Source: Escherichia coli (GTDB lineage Bacteria > Pseudomonadota > Gammaproteobacteria > Enterobacterales > Enterobacteriaceae). Taken from it: a DNA stretch of 64,000 nt. The DNA lies in assembly GCF_003334355.1 (NCBI RefSeq), contig NZ_QOWP01000010.1; one strand, written 5' to 3'. The translations under genes were made by a program, and so were the position numbers. The notes under the pieces were generated by a model, which was not told the origin of the DNA, made no database searches, and worked only from the letters and a program-made list of their open reading frames with translations. Below, in pieces: positions 23,606 through 35,304 of the stretch (positions are counted from its first letter, which is position 1; every line of letters begins with the position of its first letter).

Positions 23606-25150
23606 ATGTGGGATGTCATTGATTTATCGCGCTGGCAGTTTGCTCTGACCGCGCTGTATCACTTTTTATTTGTACCCCTTACCCTGGGGCTGATTTTTTT
23701 GCTGGCTATCATGGAAACCATTTACGTGGTCACCGGCAAAACAATCTACCGCGATATGACGCGCTTCTGGGGTAAGCTCTTCGGTATCAATTTTGCTCTT
23801 GGCGTGGCTACCGGCCTGACCATGGAGTTTCAGTTTGGTACTAACTGGTCATTCTATTCCAACTATGTGGGCGATATTTTTGGCGCACCACTGGCGATGG
23901 AAGCATTAATGGCCTTCTTCCTCGAATCCACCTTTGTCGGGCTGTTCTTCTTCGGCTGGCAACGGCTGAATAAATACCAGCACCTGCTGGTGACGTGGCT
24001 GGTGGCGTTCGGTTCAAATCTCTCTGCGTTGTGGATATTGAATGCCAACGGTTGGATGCAATACCCGACCGGTGCGCATTTTGATATCGACACCCTGCGT
24101 ATGGAGATGACCAGCTTCAGCGAGCTGGTCTTTAATCCGGTCAGCCAGGTGAAATTTGTGCACACCGTAATGGCGGGCTACGTGACCGGGGCCATGTTTA
24201 TTATGGCGATCAGCGCCTGGTATTTACTGCGCGGACGGGAGCGCGATGTCGCATTACGCTCGTTTGCCATCGGTTCCGTCTTCGGTACTCTGGCGATTAT
24301 CGGTACCCTGCAACTCGGAGACAGTTCTGCGTATGAAGTCGCGCAAGTACAACCGGTAAAACTGGCGGCGATGGAAGGGGAGTGGCAAACGGAGCCTGCA
24401 CCTGCACCGTTCCATGTGGTTGCCTGGCCGGAACAGGATCAAGAGCGTAACGCCTTTGCCCTCAAAATTCCCGCGCTGCTAGGGATCCTCGCCACTCACT
24501 CATTAGATAAACCCGTGCCGGGTCTGAAGAATTTGATGGCTGAAACCTACCCACGCTTGCAACGCGGACGTATGGCCTGGCTGTTAATGCAGGAAATATC
24601 GCAAGGCAATCGTGAGCCGCATGTGTTGCAGGCATTCCGGGAACTGGAAGGTGACCTGGGCTACGGCATGTTGCTCTCCCGCTATGCGCCGGATATGAAT
24701 CATGTCACAGCCGCACAGTACCAGGCGGCGATGCGTGGCGCGATACCTCAGGTTGCGCCGGTATTCTGGAGTTTCCGCATCATGGTGGGCTGTGGTTCCC
24801 TGCTGCTACTGGTGATGCTGATTGCGCTTGTCCAGACGCTGCGTGGCAAAATCGACCAGCATCGCTGGGTGCTGAAAATGGCGCTCTGGAGTTTGCCCTT
24901 GCCGTGGATTGCGATTGAAGCCGGGTGGTTTATGACCGAGTTTGGTCGTCAGCCGTGGGCGATACAGGACATCTTACCGACATACTCCGCGCACTCCGCT
25001 TTAACCACAGGACAACTGGCTTTCTCACTGATCATGATCGTAGGGCTTTACACCCTGTTCTTAATCGCCGAAGTCTACCTGATGCAGAAATATGCCCGTC
25101 TGGGGCCGAGCGCGATGCAGAGTGAACAACCGACGCAGCAACAGGGGTAA
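23606..25150 (+). CDS. appC: Cytochrome bd-II oxidase subunit I AppC (514 aa)
   Basis: ATG at 23606 ([28 protein letters not shown]...); CydA-like membrane protein. Confidence 0.94.
23998..24005 (+). other. Chi site (GCTGGTGG)
   Basis: Exact octamer inside appC; a second copy lies at 25272-25279 inside appB. Confidence 0.6.
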
Positions 25151-25161
25151 AGGAGAAAATC

Positions 25162-26298
25162 ATGTTTGATTATGAAACATTGCGCTTCATCTGGTGGCTG
25201 CTGATTGGCGTGATCCTGGTGGTCTTTATGATCTCCGACGGATTTGACATGGGGATCGGCTGTCTGCTGCCGCTGGTGGCGCGTAATGATGATGAACGCC
25301 GGATAGTGATAAACAGCGTTGGTGCACACTGGGAAGGCAACCAGGTCTGGTTGATCCTCGCTGGTGGGGCATTATTTGCCGCCTGGCCCAGAGTGTATGC
25401 AGCGGCGTTTTCCGGCTTTTATGTGGCGATGATCCTGGTGCTGTGCTCACTGTTCTTCCGCCCGCTGGCCTTTGATTATCGCGGAAAAATCGCCGATGCA
25501 CGCTGGCGTAAAATGTGGGACGCCGGTCTGGTCATCGGCAGTCTGGTGCCGCCGGTAGTCTTCGGTATCGCCTTCGGCAACTTGTTGCTCGGCGTGCCGT
25601 TTGCCTTCACACCGCAATTACGCGTGGAGTATCTCGGCAGCTTCTGGCAACTGCTGACGCCATTCCCTTTATTGTGCGGATTGCTCAGCCTTGGGATGGT
25701 GATTTTGCAAGGTGGCGTCTGGTTACAACTGAAAACTGTTGGTGTGATTCATCTGCGTTCACAGCTGGCCACCAAACGCGCTGCACTGTTGGTGATGCTG
25801 TGCTTTTTGCTGGCGGGTTACTGGCTGTGGGTCGGTATTGATGGCTTTGTACTGCTCGCCCAGGATGCTAACGGTCCTTCCAATCCGTTAATGAAACTGG
25901 TGGCAGTGCTACCTGGTGCCTGGATGAATAATTTCGTCGAATCGCCCGTTTTGTGGATCTTCCCGCTGCTGGGGTTCTTCTGCCCATTGCTGACGGTGAT
26001 GGCGATTTATCGTGGTCGCCCGGGTTGGGGATTTTTAATGGCGTCATTGATGCAATTTGGCGTGATTTTCACGGCAGGCATCACGCTGTTCCCCTTTGTC
26101 ATGCCGTCAAGTGTGAGTCCAATCTCCAGCCTGACGTTGTGGGACAGTACTTCCAGTCAGCTGACGCTGAGCATTATGTTGGTAATCGTGCTGATATTTT
26201 TGCCCATTGTGTTGCTCTACACTCTCTGGAGCTACTACAAAATGTGGGGACGCATGACAACAGAAACTCTCCGCCGTAACGAAAACGAGTTGTACTAA
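25162..26298 (+). CDS. appB: Cytochrome bd-II oxidase subunit II AppB (378 aa)
   Basis: Full-length CydB-like membrane ORF 12 bp after appC. Confidence 0.94.
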
Positions 26299-26310
26299 GG
26301 AGCAGGAACA

Positions 26311-26403
26311 ATGTGGTATTTACTTTGGTTCGTCGGCATTTTGTTGATGTGTTCGCTCTCCACCCTTGTGTTGGTATGGCTGGACCCGCGTCTGAAAAGT
26401 TAA
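26311..26403 (+). CDS. appX: Cytochrome bd-II small subunit AppX (30 aa)
   Basis: ATG at 26311 after AGGAGCAGG; translation MWYLLWFVGILLMCSLSTLVLVWLDPRLKS (single transmembrane helix); absent from the ORF track because it is under 60 codons. Confidence 0.8.
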   Translation: MWYLLWFVGILLMCSLSTLVLVWLDPRLKS

Positions 26404-26408
26404 CGAAC

Positions 26409-26447
26409 GTAGGCCTGATGCGGCGCATTAGCATCGCATCAGGCAAT
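26409..26447. repeat. REP (repetitive extragenic palindromic) element
   Basis: gtaggcctgatgcggcgcattagcatcgcatcaggca: imperfect palindrome of the GCCTGATGCG REP family between appX and appA. Confidence 0.7.
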
Positions 26448-26482
26448 CAATAATGTCAGATATGAAAAGCGGAAACATATCG

Positions 26483-27781
26483 ATGAAAGCGATCTTAATC
26501 CCATTTTTATCTCTTCTGATTCCGTTAACCCCGCAATCTGCATTCGCTCAGAGTGAGCCGGAGCTGAAGCTGGAAAGTGTGGTGATTGTCAGTCGTCATG
26601 GTGTGCGTGCTCCAACCAAGGCCACGCAACTGATGCAGGATGTCACCCCAGACGCATGGCCAACCTGGCCAGTAAAACTGGGTTGGCTGACACCGCGCGG
26701 TGGTGAGCTAATCGCCTATCTCGGACATTACCAACGCCAGCGTCTGGTAGCCGACGGATTGCTGGCGAAAAAGGGCTGCCCGCAGTCTGGTCAGGTCGCG
26801 ATTATTGCTGATGTCGACGAGCGTACCCGTAAAACAGGCGAAGCCTTCGCCGCCGGGCTGGCACCTGACTGTGCAATAACCGTACATACCCAGGCAGATA
26901 CGTCCAGTCCCGATCCGTTATTTAATCCTCTAAAAACTGGCGTTTGCCAACTGGATAACGCGAACGTGACTGACGCGATCCTCAGCAGGGCAGGAGGGTC
27001 AATTGCTGACTTTACCGGGCATCGGCAAACGGCGTTTCGCGAACTGGAACGGGTGCTTAATTTTCCGCAATCAAACTTGTGCCTTAAACGTGAGAAACAG
27101 GACGAAAGCTGTTCATTAACGCAGGCATTACCATCGGAACTCAAGGTGAGCGCCGACAATGTCTCATTAACCGGTGCGGTAAGCCTCGCATCAATGCTGA
27201 CGGAGATATTTCTCCTGCAACAAGCACAGGGAATGCCGGAGCCGGGGTGGGGAAGGATCACCGATTCACACCAGTGGAACACCTTGCTAAGTTTGCATAA
27301 CGCGCAATTTTATTTGCTACAACGCACGCCAGAGGTTGCCCGCAGCCGCGCCACCCCGTTATTAGATTTGATCAAGACAGCGTTGACGCCCCATCCACCG
27401 CAAAAACAGGCGTATGGTGTGACATTACCCACTTCAGTGCTGTTTATCGCCGGACACGATACTAATCTGGCAAATCTCGGCGGCGCACTGGAGCTCAACT
27501 GGACGCTTCCCGGTCAGCCGGATAACACGCCGCCAGGTGGTGAACTGGTGTTTGAACGCTGGCGTCGGCTAAGCGATAACAGCCAGTGGATTCAGGTTTC
27601 GCTGGTCTTCCAGACTTTACAGCAGATGCGTGATAAAACGCCGCTGTCATTAAATACGCCGCCCGGAGAGGTGAAACTGACCCTGGCAGGATGTGAAGAG
27701 CGAAATGCGCAGGGCATGTGTTCGTTGGCAGGTTTTACGCAAATCGTGAATGAAGCACGCATACCGGCGTGCAGTTTGTAA
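26483..27781 (+). CDS. appA: Periplasmic acid phosphatase/phytase AppA (432 aa)
   Basis: ATG at 26483 (MKAILIPFLSLLIPLTPQSAFA signal peptide) and histidine acid phosphatase RHGVRAP motif. Confidence 0.94.
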   Translation: MKAILIPFLSLLIPLTPQSAFAQSEPELKLESVVIVSRHGVRAPTKATQLMQDVTPDAWPTWPVKLGWLTPRGGELIAYLGHYQRQRLVADGLLAKKGCPQSGQVAIIADVDERTRKTGEAFAAGLAPDCAITVHTQADTSSPDPLFNPLKTGVCQLDNANVTDAILSRAGGSIADFTGHRQTAFRELERVLNFPQSNLCLKREKQDESCSLTQALPSELKVSADNVSLTGAVSLASMLTEIFLLQQAQGMPEPGWGRITDSHQWNTLLSLHNAQFYLLQRTPEVARSRATPLLDLIKTALTPHPPQKQAYGVTLPTSVLFIAGHDTNLANLGGALELNWTLPGQPDNTPPGGELVFERWRRLSDNSQWIQVSLVFQTLQQMRDKTPLSLNTPPGEVKLTLAGCEERNAQGMCSLAGFTQIVNEARIPACSL

Positions 27782-27792
27782 TGCATAAAAAA

Positions 27793-27818
27793 GAGCATTC
27801 AGTTACCTGAATGCTCTG
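27793..27818. terminator. Terminator hairpin between convergent appA and etk (intrinsic for the minus-strand gfc-etp-etk transcript)
   Basis: Inverted repeat agagcattcag/ctgaatgctct; the U-tract is on the minus strand only (aaaaaa at 27787-27792). Confidence 0.65.
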
Positions 27819-27850
27819 AGGCTGATGACAAACGAAGAACTGTCTAATGC

Positions 27851-27887
27851 GTAGACCGGAAAAGGCGTTCACGCCGCATCCGGCCAC
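27851..27887. repeat. REP element
   Basis: gtagaccggaaaaggcgttcacgccgcatccggccac, REP-family palindrome. Confidence 0.7.
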
Positions 27888-27895
27888 TTTCAGTT

Positions 27896-30076
27896 TTACT
27901 CTTTCTCGGAGTAACTATAACCGTAATAGTTATAGCCGTAACTGTAAGCGGTGCTGGCGCGTTTAATCACACCATTGAGGATAGCGCCTTTAATATTGAC
28001 GCCTGCCTGTTCCAGACGCTGCATTGACAAACTCACCTCTTTGGCGGTGTTCAAGCCAAAACGCGCAACCAGCAGGCTGGTGCCAACAGAACGCCCCACG
28101 ACCGCGGCATCACTCACCGCCAGCATCGGCGGCGTATCGACAATCACCAGATCGTAATGGTCGTTCGCCCATTCCAGTAATTGACGCATCCGATCGCGCA
28201 TCAGCAGTTCAGACGGGTTAGGTGGCACCTGACCGCGAGTAATCACATCAAAGCCTCCTTTGCCAAAATGCTGGATCACTTTGTTGAGCTCATCTTTACC
28301 TGCCAGATATTCCGACAAGCCATGTTCATTACTCACGGTAAACAGGTTATGCGAATAACCACGGCGTAAGTCGGCATCAATAAATAACACTTTTTGATCG
28401 GACTGGGCGATCACCGCTGCCAGAGTTGAACTGACAAACGTTTTACCACCGTCTGGCGTCGCACCGGTGATCATCAGAATGTTATTCTCCGTCTCCATCA
28501 TAGCGAAATGCAGACTGGTTCGTAGCGCACGTACGGCTTCCACAGCAGAATCCGCCGGGTTATCCGCCGCCAGGAAGGGGATATTTTTAGTACGATGGCG
28601 CTGCTGATTAGAAAATAAATTTTTCTTACGCAGACGGGTGCGTTTATCCAGCCACTCGGACATTGGGATAGTGGCATAAACGCTGATGCCGTGCTCTTCC
28701 AGTTGTTCCGGGGCTTCTACACCACGACGCAACATCGCACGCGCCAGCACGGCACCCACAGAAATAAACAGGCCAAGAATAAAACCAAGCACCACGTTCA
28801 ACGCTTTTTTCGGTTTCACTGGCTGCGGCTGAGTGACTGCCGGGTCGATAATCCGCACGTTACCAATGGCACTGGATTTCGAAATACTCAACTCCTGCTG
28901 GCGGTTAAGTAATTGCAGATATACCGCACGGCCCGCTTCTACGTCACGACTTAAACGCAACACTTCCTGTTGGGTGGAAGGCATTGCCGATACCCGCTTA
29001 TTCAGGCGTTTGCGTTCTTGCTCCAGCGTCTGGCGTTTTTCCAGCAGCGCACGATAAGTTGGGTGATCTTTCTTATACAGCTGGGAGATCTCTGCCTCGC
29101 GGAAGGTCAGCTCATTGAGTTGATTATCAACGTTCACAATCTGCTCAAGAACGGCTTTGGCTTCCAGGTTAAGGTCAACCGAATCGCGCTGCTGGCGATA
29201 AACGTTGAGTTTTTCTTCCGCTTGGTCCAGCTCGCTGCGCACTTCAGGTAACTGGCGCTGTAAGAATTCAAGGCTTTGTGAATCCTGCGCCGCCTGGCGA
29301 GCGATATTCTGTTGCAAATAGTTGTTAGCGATGCTGTTCAGAATACGAGTAATCAACTGGGGATCATCACCAGTCATGGTAAGTTCCAGCATCCCGCTTT
29401 CTTTACTGCGTTCGCTAACGGTAAAGGTTTCCTGCAATGCGTTAATCGCTTCCAGTTCGGTACGCTGGCTCAGGACAAACTGTGTTCCTGGTTTGGCCTT
29501 AATGTCCGCGATAGTCAGCGCAACGCCATCTTTTTCCAGACGCTGGCCGACCATACCATTGACGGTGAACTCTTCACCTTCCAGTGTATAGTGGCCGTTT
29601 TCCCCAACCGTGAGTGTCAGTTGCTGATCCTGACCATTCAGTTGTGGAATATGCATCCAGCTGATCGCCAGCTCACCTGGTTTTTCTTTGGTTAATCTCG
29701 CCCAGCCGCGACCCACAATCGGAAAATACTTCTGCTCAACTATGTCGCGCAGATTCAGTTCAGCAATGGTTTTACCGAGAATCATGCGCGATTGCAGCAG
29801 TTGGATCTCCGGTGCAGACTCGGGCGATGAGTTAGGGATCATATCGCTCAGGCCGCTGAGAATGGCGTTGCCCTGTTTTTGCTCAACCTGGACCAGAGTA
29901 TCTGCCTGATAAATTGGTGTGCTTAACAGCGAGTAAGCGACAGCGATCAGCGTGAATAACGCGGTCACGCTGATAATAAACTTACGGTGATCCCATAACT
30001 CGCCGACCAGACGAAGCAGATCGATCTCATTTTCCTGAGTGCTGCCTGGTGGCGTATTCATATTTTTAGTTGTCAT
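27896..30076 (-). CDS. etk: BY-kinase tyrosine autokinase Etk (726 aa), group 4 capsule/polysaccharide co-polymerase
   Basis: Full-length ORF; two transmembrane segments, Walker A/B ATPase domain and C-terminal tyrosine cluster YSYGYNYYGYSYSEKE. Confidence 0.94.
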   Translation of the reverse strand: MTTKNMNTPPGSTQENEIDLLRLVGELWDHRKFIISVTALFTLIAVAYSLLSTPIYQADTLVQVEQKQGNAILSGLSDMIPNSSPESAPEIQLLQSRMILGKTIAELNLRDIVEQKYFPIVGRGWARLTKEKPGELAISWMHIPQLNGQDQQLTLTVGENGHYTLEGEEFTVNGMVGQRLEKDGVALTIADIKAKPGTQFVLSQRTELEAINALQETFTVSERSKESGMLELTMTGDDPQLITRILNSIANNYLQQNIARQAAQDSQSLEFLQRQLPEVRSELDQAEEKLNVYRQQRDSVDLNLEAKAVLEQIVNVDNQLNELTFREAEISQLYKKDHPTYRALLEKRQTLEQERKRLNKRVSAMPSTQQEVLRLSRDVEAGRAVYLQLLNRQQELSISKSSAIGNVRIIDPAVTQPQPVKPKKALNVVLGFILGLFISVGAVLARAMLRRGVEAPEQLEEHGISVYATIPMSEWLDKRTRLRKKNLFSNQQRHRTKNIPFLAADNPADSAVEAVRALRTSLHFAMMETENNILMITGATPDGGKTFVSSTLAAVIAQSDQKVLFIDADLRRGYSHNLFTVSNEHGLSEYLAGKDELNKVIQHFGKGGFDVITRGQVPPNPSELLMRDRMRQLLEWANDHYDLVIVDTPPMLAVSDAAVVGRSVGTSLLVARFGLNTAKEVSLSMQRLEQAGVNIKGAILNGVIKRASTAYSYGYNYYGYSYSEKE

Positions 30077-30095
30077 CGTATTTTATAAACTCAAA

Positions 30096-30542
30096 TTACC
30101 GGCTGAGGCGCTTCGCCCATTCCTGACTGGCGCGCTCCAACATACCGTAGACATGTTCAAATGCGTCCTGACTTTTACGATAGGGATCCGGGATCTCTTT
30201 CTGTTCCAGCCATTGCCCAAACAGCATTGTCTTCCCGCGGACCTCGGGAGCAATTGCGGTAACCTGAGCAATATGTTCCGACTCCATTGCCAGAATCAGA
30301 TCGTAATTTCGTGCCATCTCAGCAGTGAGCTTACGTCCGGCATGTCCTTCAAGAGATACGCCATGATTAGCGGCAACATCTGCCGCTGTCGCATCTGCAG
30401 GGTGTTTTACCAGACCATGAACACCTGCCGATTTGACTTTTACGCCCGGCAGACGTTTACGCAGCAAGCGCTCGCCAATGGGCGAACGGCAAATGTTGCC
30501 GGTACAAACCACCAGGATTGAGTTAAATTTTAGTTGGGCCAT
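30096..30542 (-). CDS. etp: Low-molecular-weight protein-tyrosine phosphatase Etp (148 aa)
   Basis: Internal Met [27 protein letters not shown] (CX5R P-loop) of track ORF 30096..30554. Confidence 0.92.
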
Positions 30543-31669
30543 GTTTGAATCCACCGTGAAGTCTCTGTCAGGTCATGCACCCCGGAAATCGTCGGTACCA
30601 GCAGAGAAATCACACGGTTCCAACGAGCCAGCGGCGCGGTAGTGACATAAACAATGTCGTAAGGTTCAAGCTGGAATTCCGTTCCGAGTATCATTGCCGA
30701 TGCGTCCTTCGCATTCAGCTGATAAATATTGGCGATTTTGCCATTCTGCTTGTTTTGCGTTGCACGAATAACAAAAATCCCCGTCGCATCAGCGACATCC
30801 TGATTCATACCCTCAGCGTTACCCAGCGCTTCCGCCAGGGTCATACCGCTGCGGTCCATTTTCAGCGTGCTCTGTTTACCCACTTCACCCATCACGAAGA
30901 CTTTCAGATCATCGTTGCGCGGAATAAATAAAATATCGCCCGGGTGCAGCAGTTTGTTCTGGCGCAAGTCGCCACGCTGCATCAGCGCATAGAGGTTCAC
31001 TTTGGTCTTTACGCCATTCTGGGTGAGCACCACGTTGCGCCAGTCTGCATCTGCGGTCAGACCGCCCGCGGCGTTAATCGCATCCATGATGGTCAGAGGA
31101 ATATTGGTAATCGGCTGCTGACCCGATTTGCTGACTTCGCCGGTGACGTACGCTTTTTGCGATCGGAACGCCGCGACGCTGACATCGACTTGCGGGCTTT
31201 CAATGACTGAATCGAGACGCGCTGTAATCTCGTTGCGTACCTGGGTAAGTGTTTTCCCGGCCACTTTCAGGCGACCAATATAGGGGTAGAAAATCGCACC
31301 ATCGGCGTTAACCCAGTTGCCGGTATCACTGGCGCTACGGTATTGCCCTGCGGGGGTGGTTAGTTCCGGGTGATCCCAGACCGTAACCATCAACACATCA
31401 CCAATCCCGATACGATATTCATAGTTTGCGATTTGCTGCTCCAGCTCCGGGTTAGCCTGCGACATAATCGGTTTGGCGCGCAACTGATCAATCAATCCTG
31501 GCGTGACGGGATAGATATTGACCATTTTGTCCAGGTCATACTGATTGTCAGGTAGTTCAATGACATCCTTGTTACTGGTCGATAAATTCTGACCAGGAAC
31601 AAGGGTACATGCTGTCAAAGACAGAACAGCCAATGTCAGTACCGAAAACTTAAAAATGTTCTTTTTCAT
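30530..31669 (-). CDS. gfcE: Outer-membrane polysaccharide export lipoprotein GfcE (Wza paralogue, 379 aa)
   Basis: Internal Met [21 protein letters not shown] (lipobox) of track ORF 30530..31690; 3' end overlaps etp start by 13 bp. Confidence 0.92.
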
Positions 31670-31714
31670 TGGTTTATATTTATCAGTCAATGTAATGTTA
31701 TGAATTACGTCAGG

Positions 31715-33811
31715 TTATTGTCCAACCGGTACTTCTCGCTCTGCCGTCATTGGATAGAGCTGGTATTTGCGTGACAGCATTTGTCCACCATCACGCGTCA
31801 ATGGTGTCCACGAAACCACCGCGCGGTTGCGGTTAGGTCCAATGGTCATCAAGTCGAATGGAATCGAGATATAAAAACCTTTACTAAAGCCGCCTTCGCC
31901 GTAGTCATCTTTAGATACGTTACTGATTGCCGCCCATATCCCTACCGCCACGCCGCTGTCAAAGCGTTTGGCGACGTCGATCGTTGCGCCTTTATCTTTT
32001 GCCAGATATTGCCCAACGCTAAGTTTCATCAGTACGCCATTGAGCGTCGGCGGGTTCCAGTAAGCCGTCACGAAACCTGTTGGCGTGGAATAATCGGTGA
32101 AACGCATCATGTTGTCCCAGTCACGTTGCTTCACGTAGTTAACGTCCACACCCAGCGCCCAGCAGGCATCTAGCGGGCGATAAAGCAGCTCGGAACCGAC
32201 ACCGGCGTACATCGTTTCCAGATAACCGCCATACACCTGGCCATAGAAACCATTGCCTAAGTCAGCAAAATAGTTCGCCTGCAAGTTGTTGAGATAAACG
32301 TCATTGCGAACGTAGTCACGGATATGCGTGCGCACGCGGGGCAGGGTAGAGTCCGCGGGCAACAGCGAAGACTTAAACTTGTCGTAGTTGTTGTAAATAT
32401 TGGTGAAAATACCGCCATCAAGCAGCAGGTGGTCGGTAAACCAGTAGCGGGCACTGGACATCAGCCCCAGCTGGAACATATAGAAATCTTCCGGGCCGCC
32501 CAGCGACTGTGAAAGTGTTGGGTTGAAAGAGTAGCTAAAGCGATCTTCACGAATACGGTAGCCCCGACCAAAGGCAGAAAGATCTTCTGCTTCAACACGT
32601 TGTTGTTGAAGTTGCTCTGATTGACCAGGCGCTGTACCAGCCAGCTGTTTGCGCAGGCTGGCTACGTCGGTTTCGGTAGTCACCATCGCCATATGCTCGC
32701 GCTTTTGCGTCACGCTAATCTTCTCAACGCCTTGCGGCAGGTTATTCACCAGAATCCGGTTGGCACGATCGACCGCTTCGCGAGAATCACGGTATTTGTA
32801 TTGTTGACCAGACATATACAGCGTCTTATCGCGCAGCTGAATTTCCGGTGCTTCAAAACCTGCGTTGTACTTCAGCGCGGTAAGTTGGTTCGCTACTGTG
32901 GTGTACTGCAATCCTTCAGATTCAGGCGCAGGTTGATATGCCGGTTTTGGCGTATCGCGCAGGGCAGGGCGCAGATCGTTGAAATTGGTCCGTAACGTGA
33001 AGCCAAACATCAACGCGTTACCGCGTTCATAACTCAGGTTGAGATCTGCCCAGCTGGCAGCGCGATAAACTGCGCCGACGTTGAAATGGCTTGCCTGAGG
33101 CAGTTTGCCAGCGAAATCATTCTGGTAATTGTTGCCATCGTATTCGAGTTTCAGACGCAGGGGATTCCACGGCGTTTGATACTCAATGCCGCCAAAGATG
33201 GAAGCCGGGCCACGAAAGATATCGCTAAAGCTGATATCGCCCGCATCGTGAGACTCTGCGCGATGACAATATTTATCGCTCACCCGGCAAAACGGGTTGG
33301 TAATATTGCCCGCATTACCGGCGTAGCCCCATGCCATCCCGAGGGTGAAATCAAATGGCCCCGCTTGCTTGCTGGCCACCAGATACTCACCTTCAAACAG
33401 ACCCGTACCAGCAATATCACGTTTACCAAACGCCACTTGCGGTAGCCAGTAACCTTCTTCCCACAGGCGAAGTTTAAAATCGAATGATTTGTCTTTGTAT
33501 GACTGATCGCCGCTGAAATCTTCCCACTGGCTATATTTGCGTGTGCGCACATCCGTATAACGAATGGTGCCTTCCAGCCATGGGAACAGCGCCACGGAGG
33601 TGGAGTAGAACCGGTATTGATCGTTATCCCGGTAGTTGACGCTGAATTCACCTTCCGGTGCGATGCGCGCATTTGGCATCTGCAACAATCCTGTGCCGCC
33701 AAAGTCTGATTGCGACGAACCCAGCGGATCCGGGTAGGTTAATACTTCAGCATGACAGGCACTGGAGACGGCAATGGCCAGGCAGCTTAAAAGATAAGAA
33801 TTCTTCTTCAT
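31715..33811 (-). CDS. gfcD: Outer-membrane beta-barrel protein GfcD (698 aa)
   Basis: Full-length ORF with signal peptide and aromatic-rich C-terminus. Confidence 0.9.
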   Translation of the reverse strand: MKKNSYLLSCLAIAVSSACHAEVLTYPDPLGSSQSDFGGTGLLQMPNARIAPEGEFSVNYRDNDQYRFYSTSVALFPWLEGTIRYTDVRTRKYSQWEDFSGDQSYKDKSFDFKLRLWEEGYWLPQVAFGKRDIAGTGLFEGEYLVASKQAGPFDFTLGMAWGYAGNAGNITNPFCRVSDKYCHRAESHDAGDISFSDIFRGPASIFGGIEYQTPWNPLRLKLEYDGNNYQNDFAGKLPQASHFNVGAVYRAASWADLNLSYERGNALMFGFTLRTNFNDLRPALRDTPKPAYQPAPESEGLQYTTVANQLTALKYNAGFEAPEIQLRDKTLYMSGQQYKYRDSREAVDRANRILVNNLPQGVEKISVTQKREHMAMVTTETDVASLRKQLAGTAPGQSEQLQQQRVEAEDLSAFGRGYRIREDRFSYSFNPTLSQSLGGPEDFYMFQLGLMSSARYWFTDHLLLDGGIFTNIYNNYDKFKSSLLPADSTLPRVRTHIRDYVRNDVYLNNLQANYFADLGNGFYGQVYGGYLETMYAGVGSELLYRPLDACWALGVDVNYVKQRDWDNMMRFTDYSTPTGFVTAYWNPPTLNGVLMKLSVGQYLAKDKGATIDVAKRFDSGVAVGIWAAISNVSKDDYGEGGFSKGFYISIPFDLMTIGPNRNRAVVSWTPLTRDGGQMLSRKYQLYPMTAEREVPVGQ

Positions 33812-34557
33812 CAGTCAGGAACACGTTGCGTTAAAACAGACACAATCTGGTCATTTAAATCAGCATATTTTTCGGGCAGTACATGCGCAGAAAAGCCCAA
33901 CCAAAGCTGGCTGCCAGGCGGTGGTTCCACATGTCTTTTATTCCACAGGGCAACAGGGGCGACGACAGTCTCACCCTCAGGCGTAATCACCATAACGTTA
34001 TTCTTGTCCGCGCCTGCAAGGCGGGGGTGATCTTGCAGATAATCGGTAACGCTACGGCCTGCCTGCCAGGGCAATTGCCCGGCCCCAGAAACCGCACCCA
34101 GCAGAGTAATAGTCACCGGACGCTGTACGGTATAGAGCGTATAGTCCCCGACCAACGGGGGATTGCTGTTCTCATCCACTCGTACAAAATCAGGGTCCAG
34201 TTTGACCGGTAAGCGACCAGTGATATTGAGATTGAGTAACTGCTGGCGCACGGATTTAATCGTTGCCGCCACATCGTCGTCAGCTTCTGCTTCCCAGGAA
34301 GCAAGCTGTGCCATGACATGTTGGTAGTCTTTAAGCGCTTTAGCTTTCGCCGCAGAGTCGGTCAGCAAGGCACCAGGCCACCAGAGGCGATCGCGCAGTT
34401 GCGGTTGTGTCACCAACTGGACAACATTTTCCATGGGGCCAACGGAAAGTGTCTGTTGTTCGCCAGGCAGATAAATAGTCACCGTTCCTTGCGCAAAGGC
34501 ATGGGGTGTCATTACGTAAAGTACGCTGGCAATGAAATACGACTGTAATTTATTCAT
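33811..34557 (-). CDS. gfcC: Periplasmic protein GfcC (248 aa)
   Basis: Full-length ORF with signal peptide; 1-bp overlap with gfcD. Confidence 0.9.
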   Translation of the reverse strand: MNKLQSYFIASVLYVMTPHAFAQGTVTIYLPGEQQTLSVGPMENVVQLVTQPQLRDRLWWPGALLTDSAAKAKALKDYQHVMAQLASWEAEADDDVAATIKSVRQQLLNLNITGRLPVKLDPDFVRVDENSNPPLVGDYTLYTVQRPVTITLLGAVSGAGQLPWQAGRSVTDYLQDHPRLAGADKNNVMVITPEGETVVAPVALWNKRHVEPPPGSQLWLGFSAHVLPEKYADLNDQIVSVLTQRVPD

Positions 34558-35198
34558 GGTGCGGGTTTAAGAAACGTCATTTCTACGGGAATAACCCCTG
34601 CGCCTAACATTTGCCGACTTTGACGAACCTGGCCAGTAGCCGAATCGACCCAGAATGTGTTTTGCCACTGTTTTTCTGGCCGCGTGGAAGTCACCTCTTC
34701 CTGCCAGACATTACACAGCACATTACGACCCGCAATATTCAGCGTCTCTAATCCAGCAAAGGAAAAAGTAGAACTCAGGGTCGCAGAGCGAAAATGGTTG
34801 TCTTCACTCCAGAGAATATCGCGCGTCCAGCGGCTGCCATCTTTTATTGCCAGCGCGTTACGCAGAGGGTCCTGCCCGGAATTTGTCACTTCCAGCAGAT
34901 TATTATTAAGTTTGACGGTTTTTAAAAGACGTCCATTGTGGGTAACCAGCATGGCGTTATCCTGGGATAACCATTTGCTTTGTTCTTGTTCTATATATCC
35001 CAGTACCACAAAGATTCGTTGCCCTTCATTAAGGCGTAAATACATAGTGGAATAAGGCAACGCCTGGATCTGCTGATCCGCTACGGTGATATCCTGATTA
35101 TCGAAAAGGCTGGCGCGAAATGTATCGACCATACTTTGCTGGCTGTGCGTACATCCCGCAAGAAATAGTGCGAAAATCGATAAAATAAGAGGGCGCAC
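34554..35198 (-). CDS. gfcB: Lipoprotein GfcB (214 aa)
   Basis: Full-length ORF with lipobox LAGC; ATGA overlap with gfcC. Confidence 0.9.
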   Translation of the reverse strand: MRPLILSIFALFLAGCTHSQQSMVDTFRASLFDNQDITVADQQIQALPYSTMYLRLNEGQRIFVVLGYIEQEQSKWLSQDNAMLVTHNGRLLKTVKLNNNLLEVTNSGQDPLRNALAIKDGSRWTRDILWSEDNHFRSATLSSTFSFAGLETLNIAGRNVLCNVWQEEVTSTRPEKQWQNTFWVDSATGQVRQSRQMLGAGVIPVEMTFLKPAP

Positions 35199-35304
35199 CT
35201 TTAATCCTTGAAAGGTTAATTAAAAAAATGCAAATCTCTAAAGCCCGGTACGAATATCGCAACCGGGTATCATTTAACTTTAATTTCGACGCGTTAAAGC
35301 AGTA

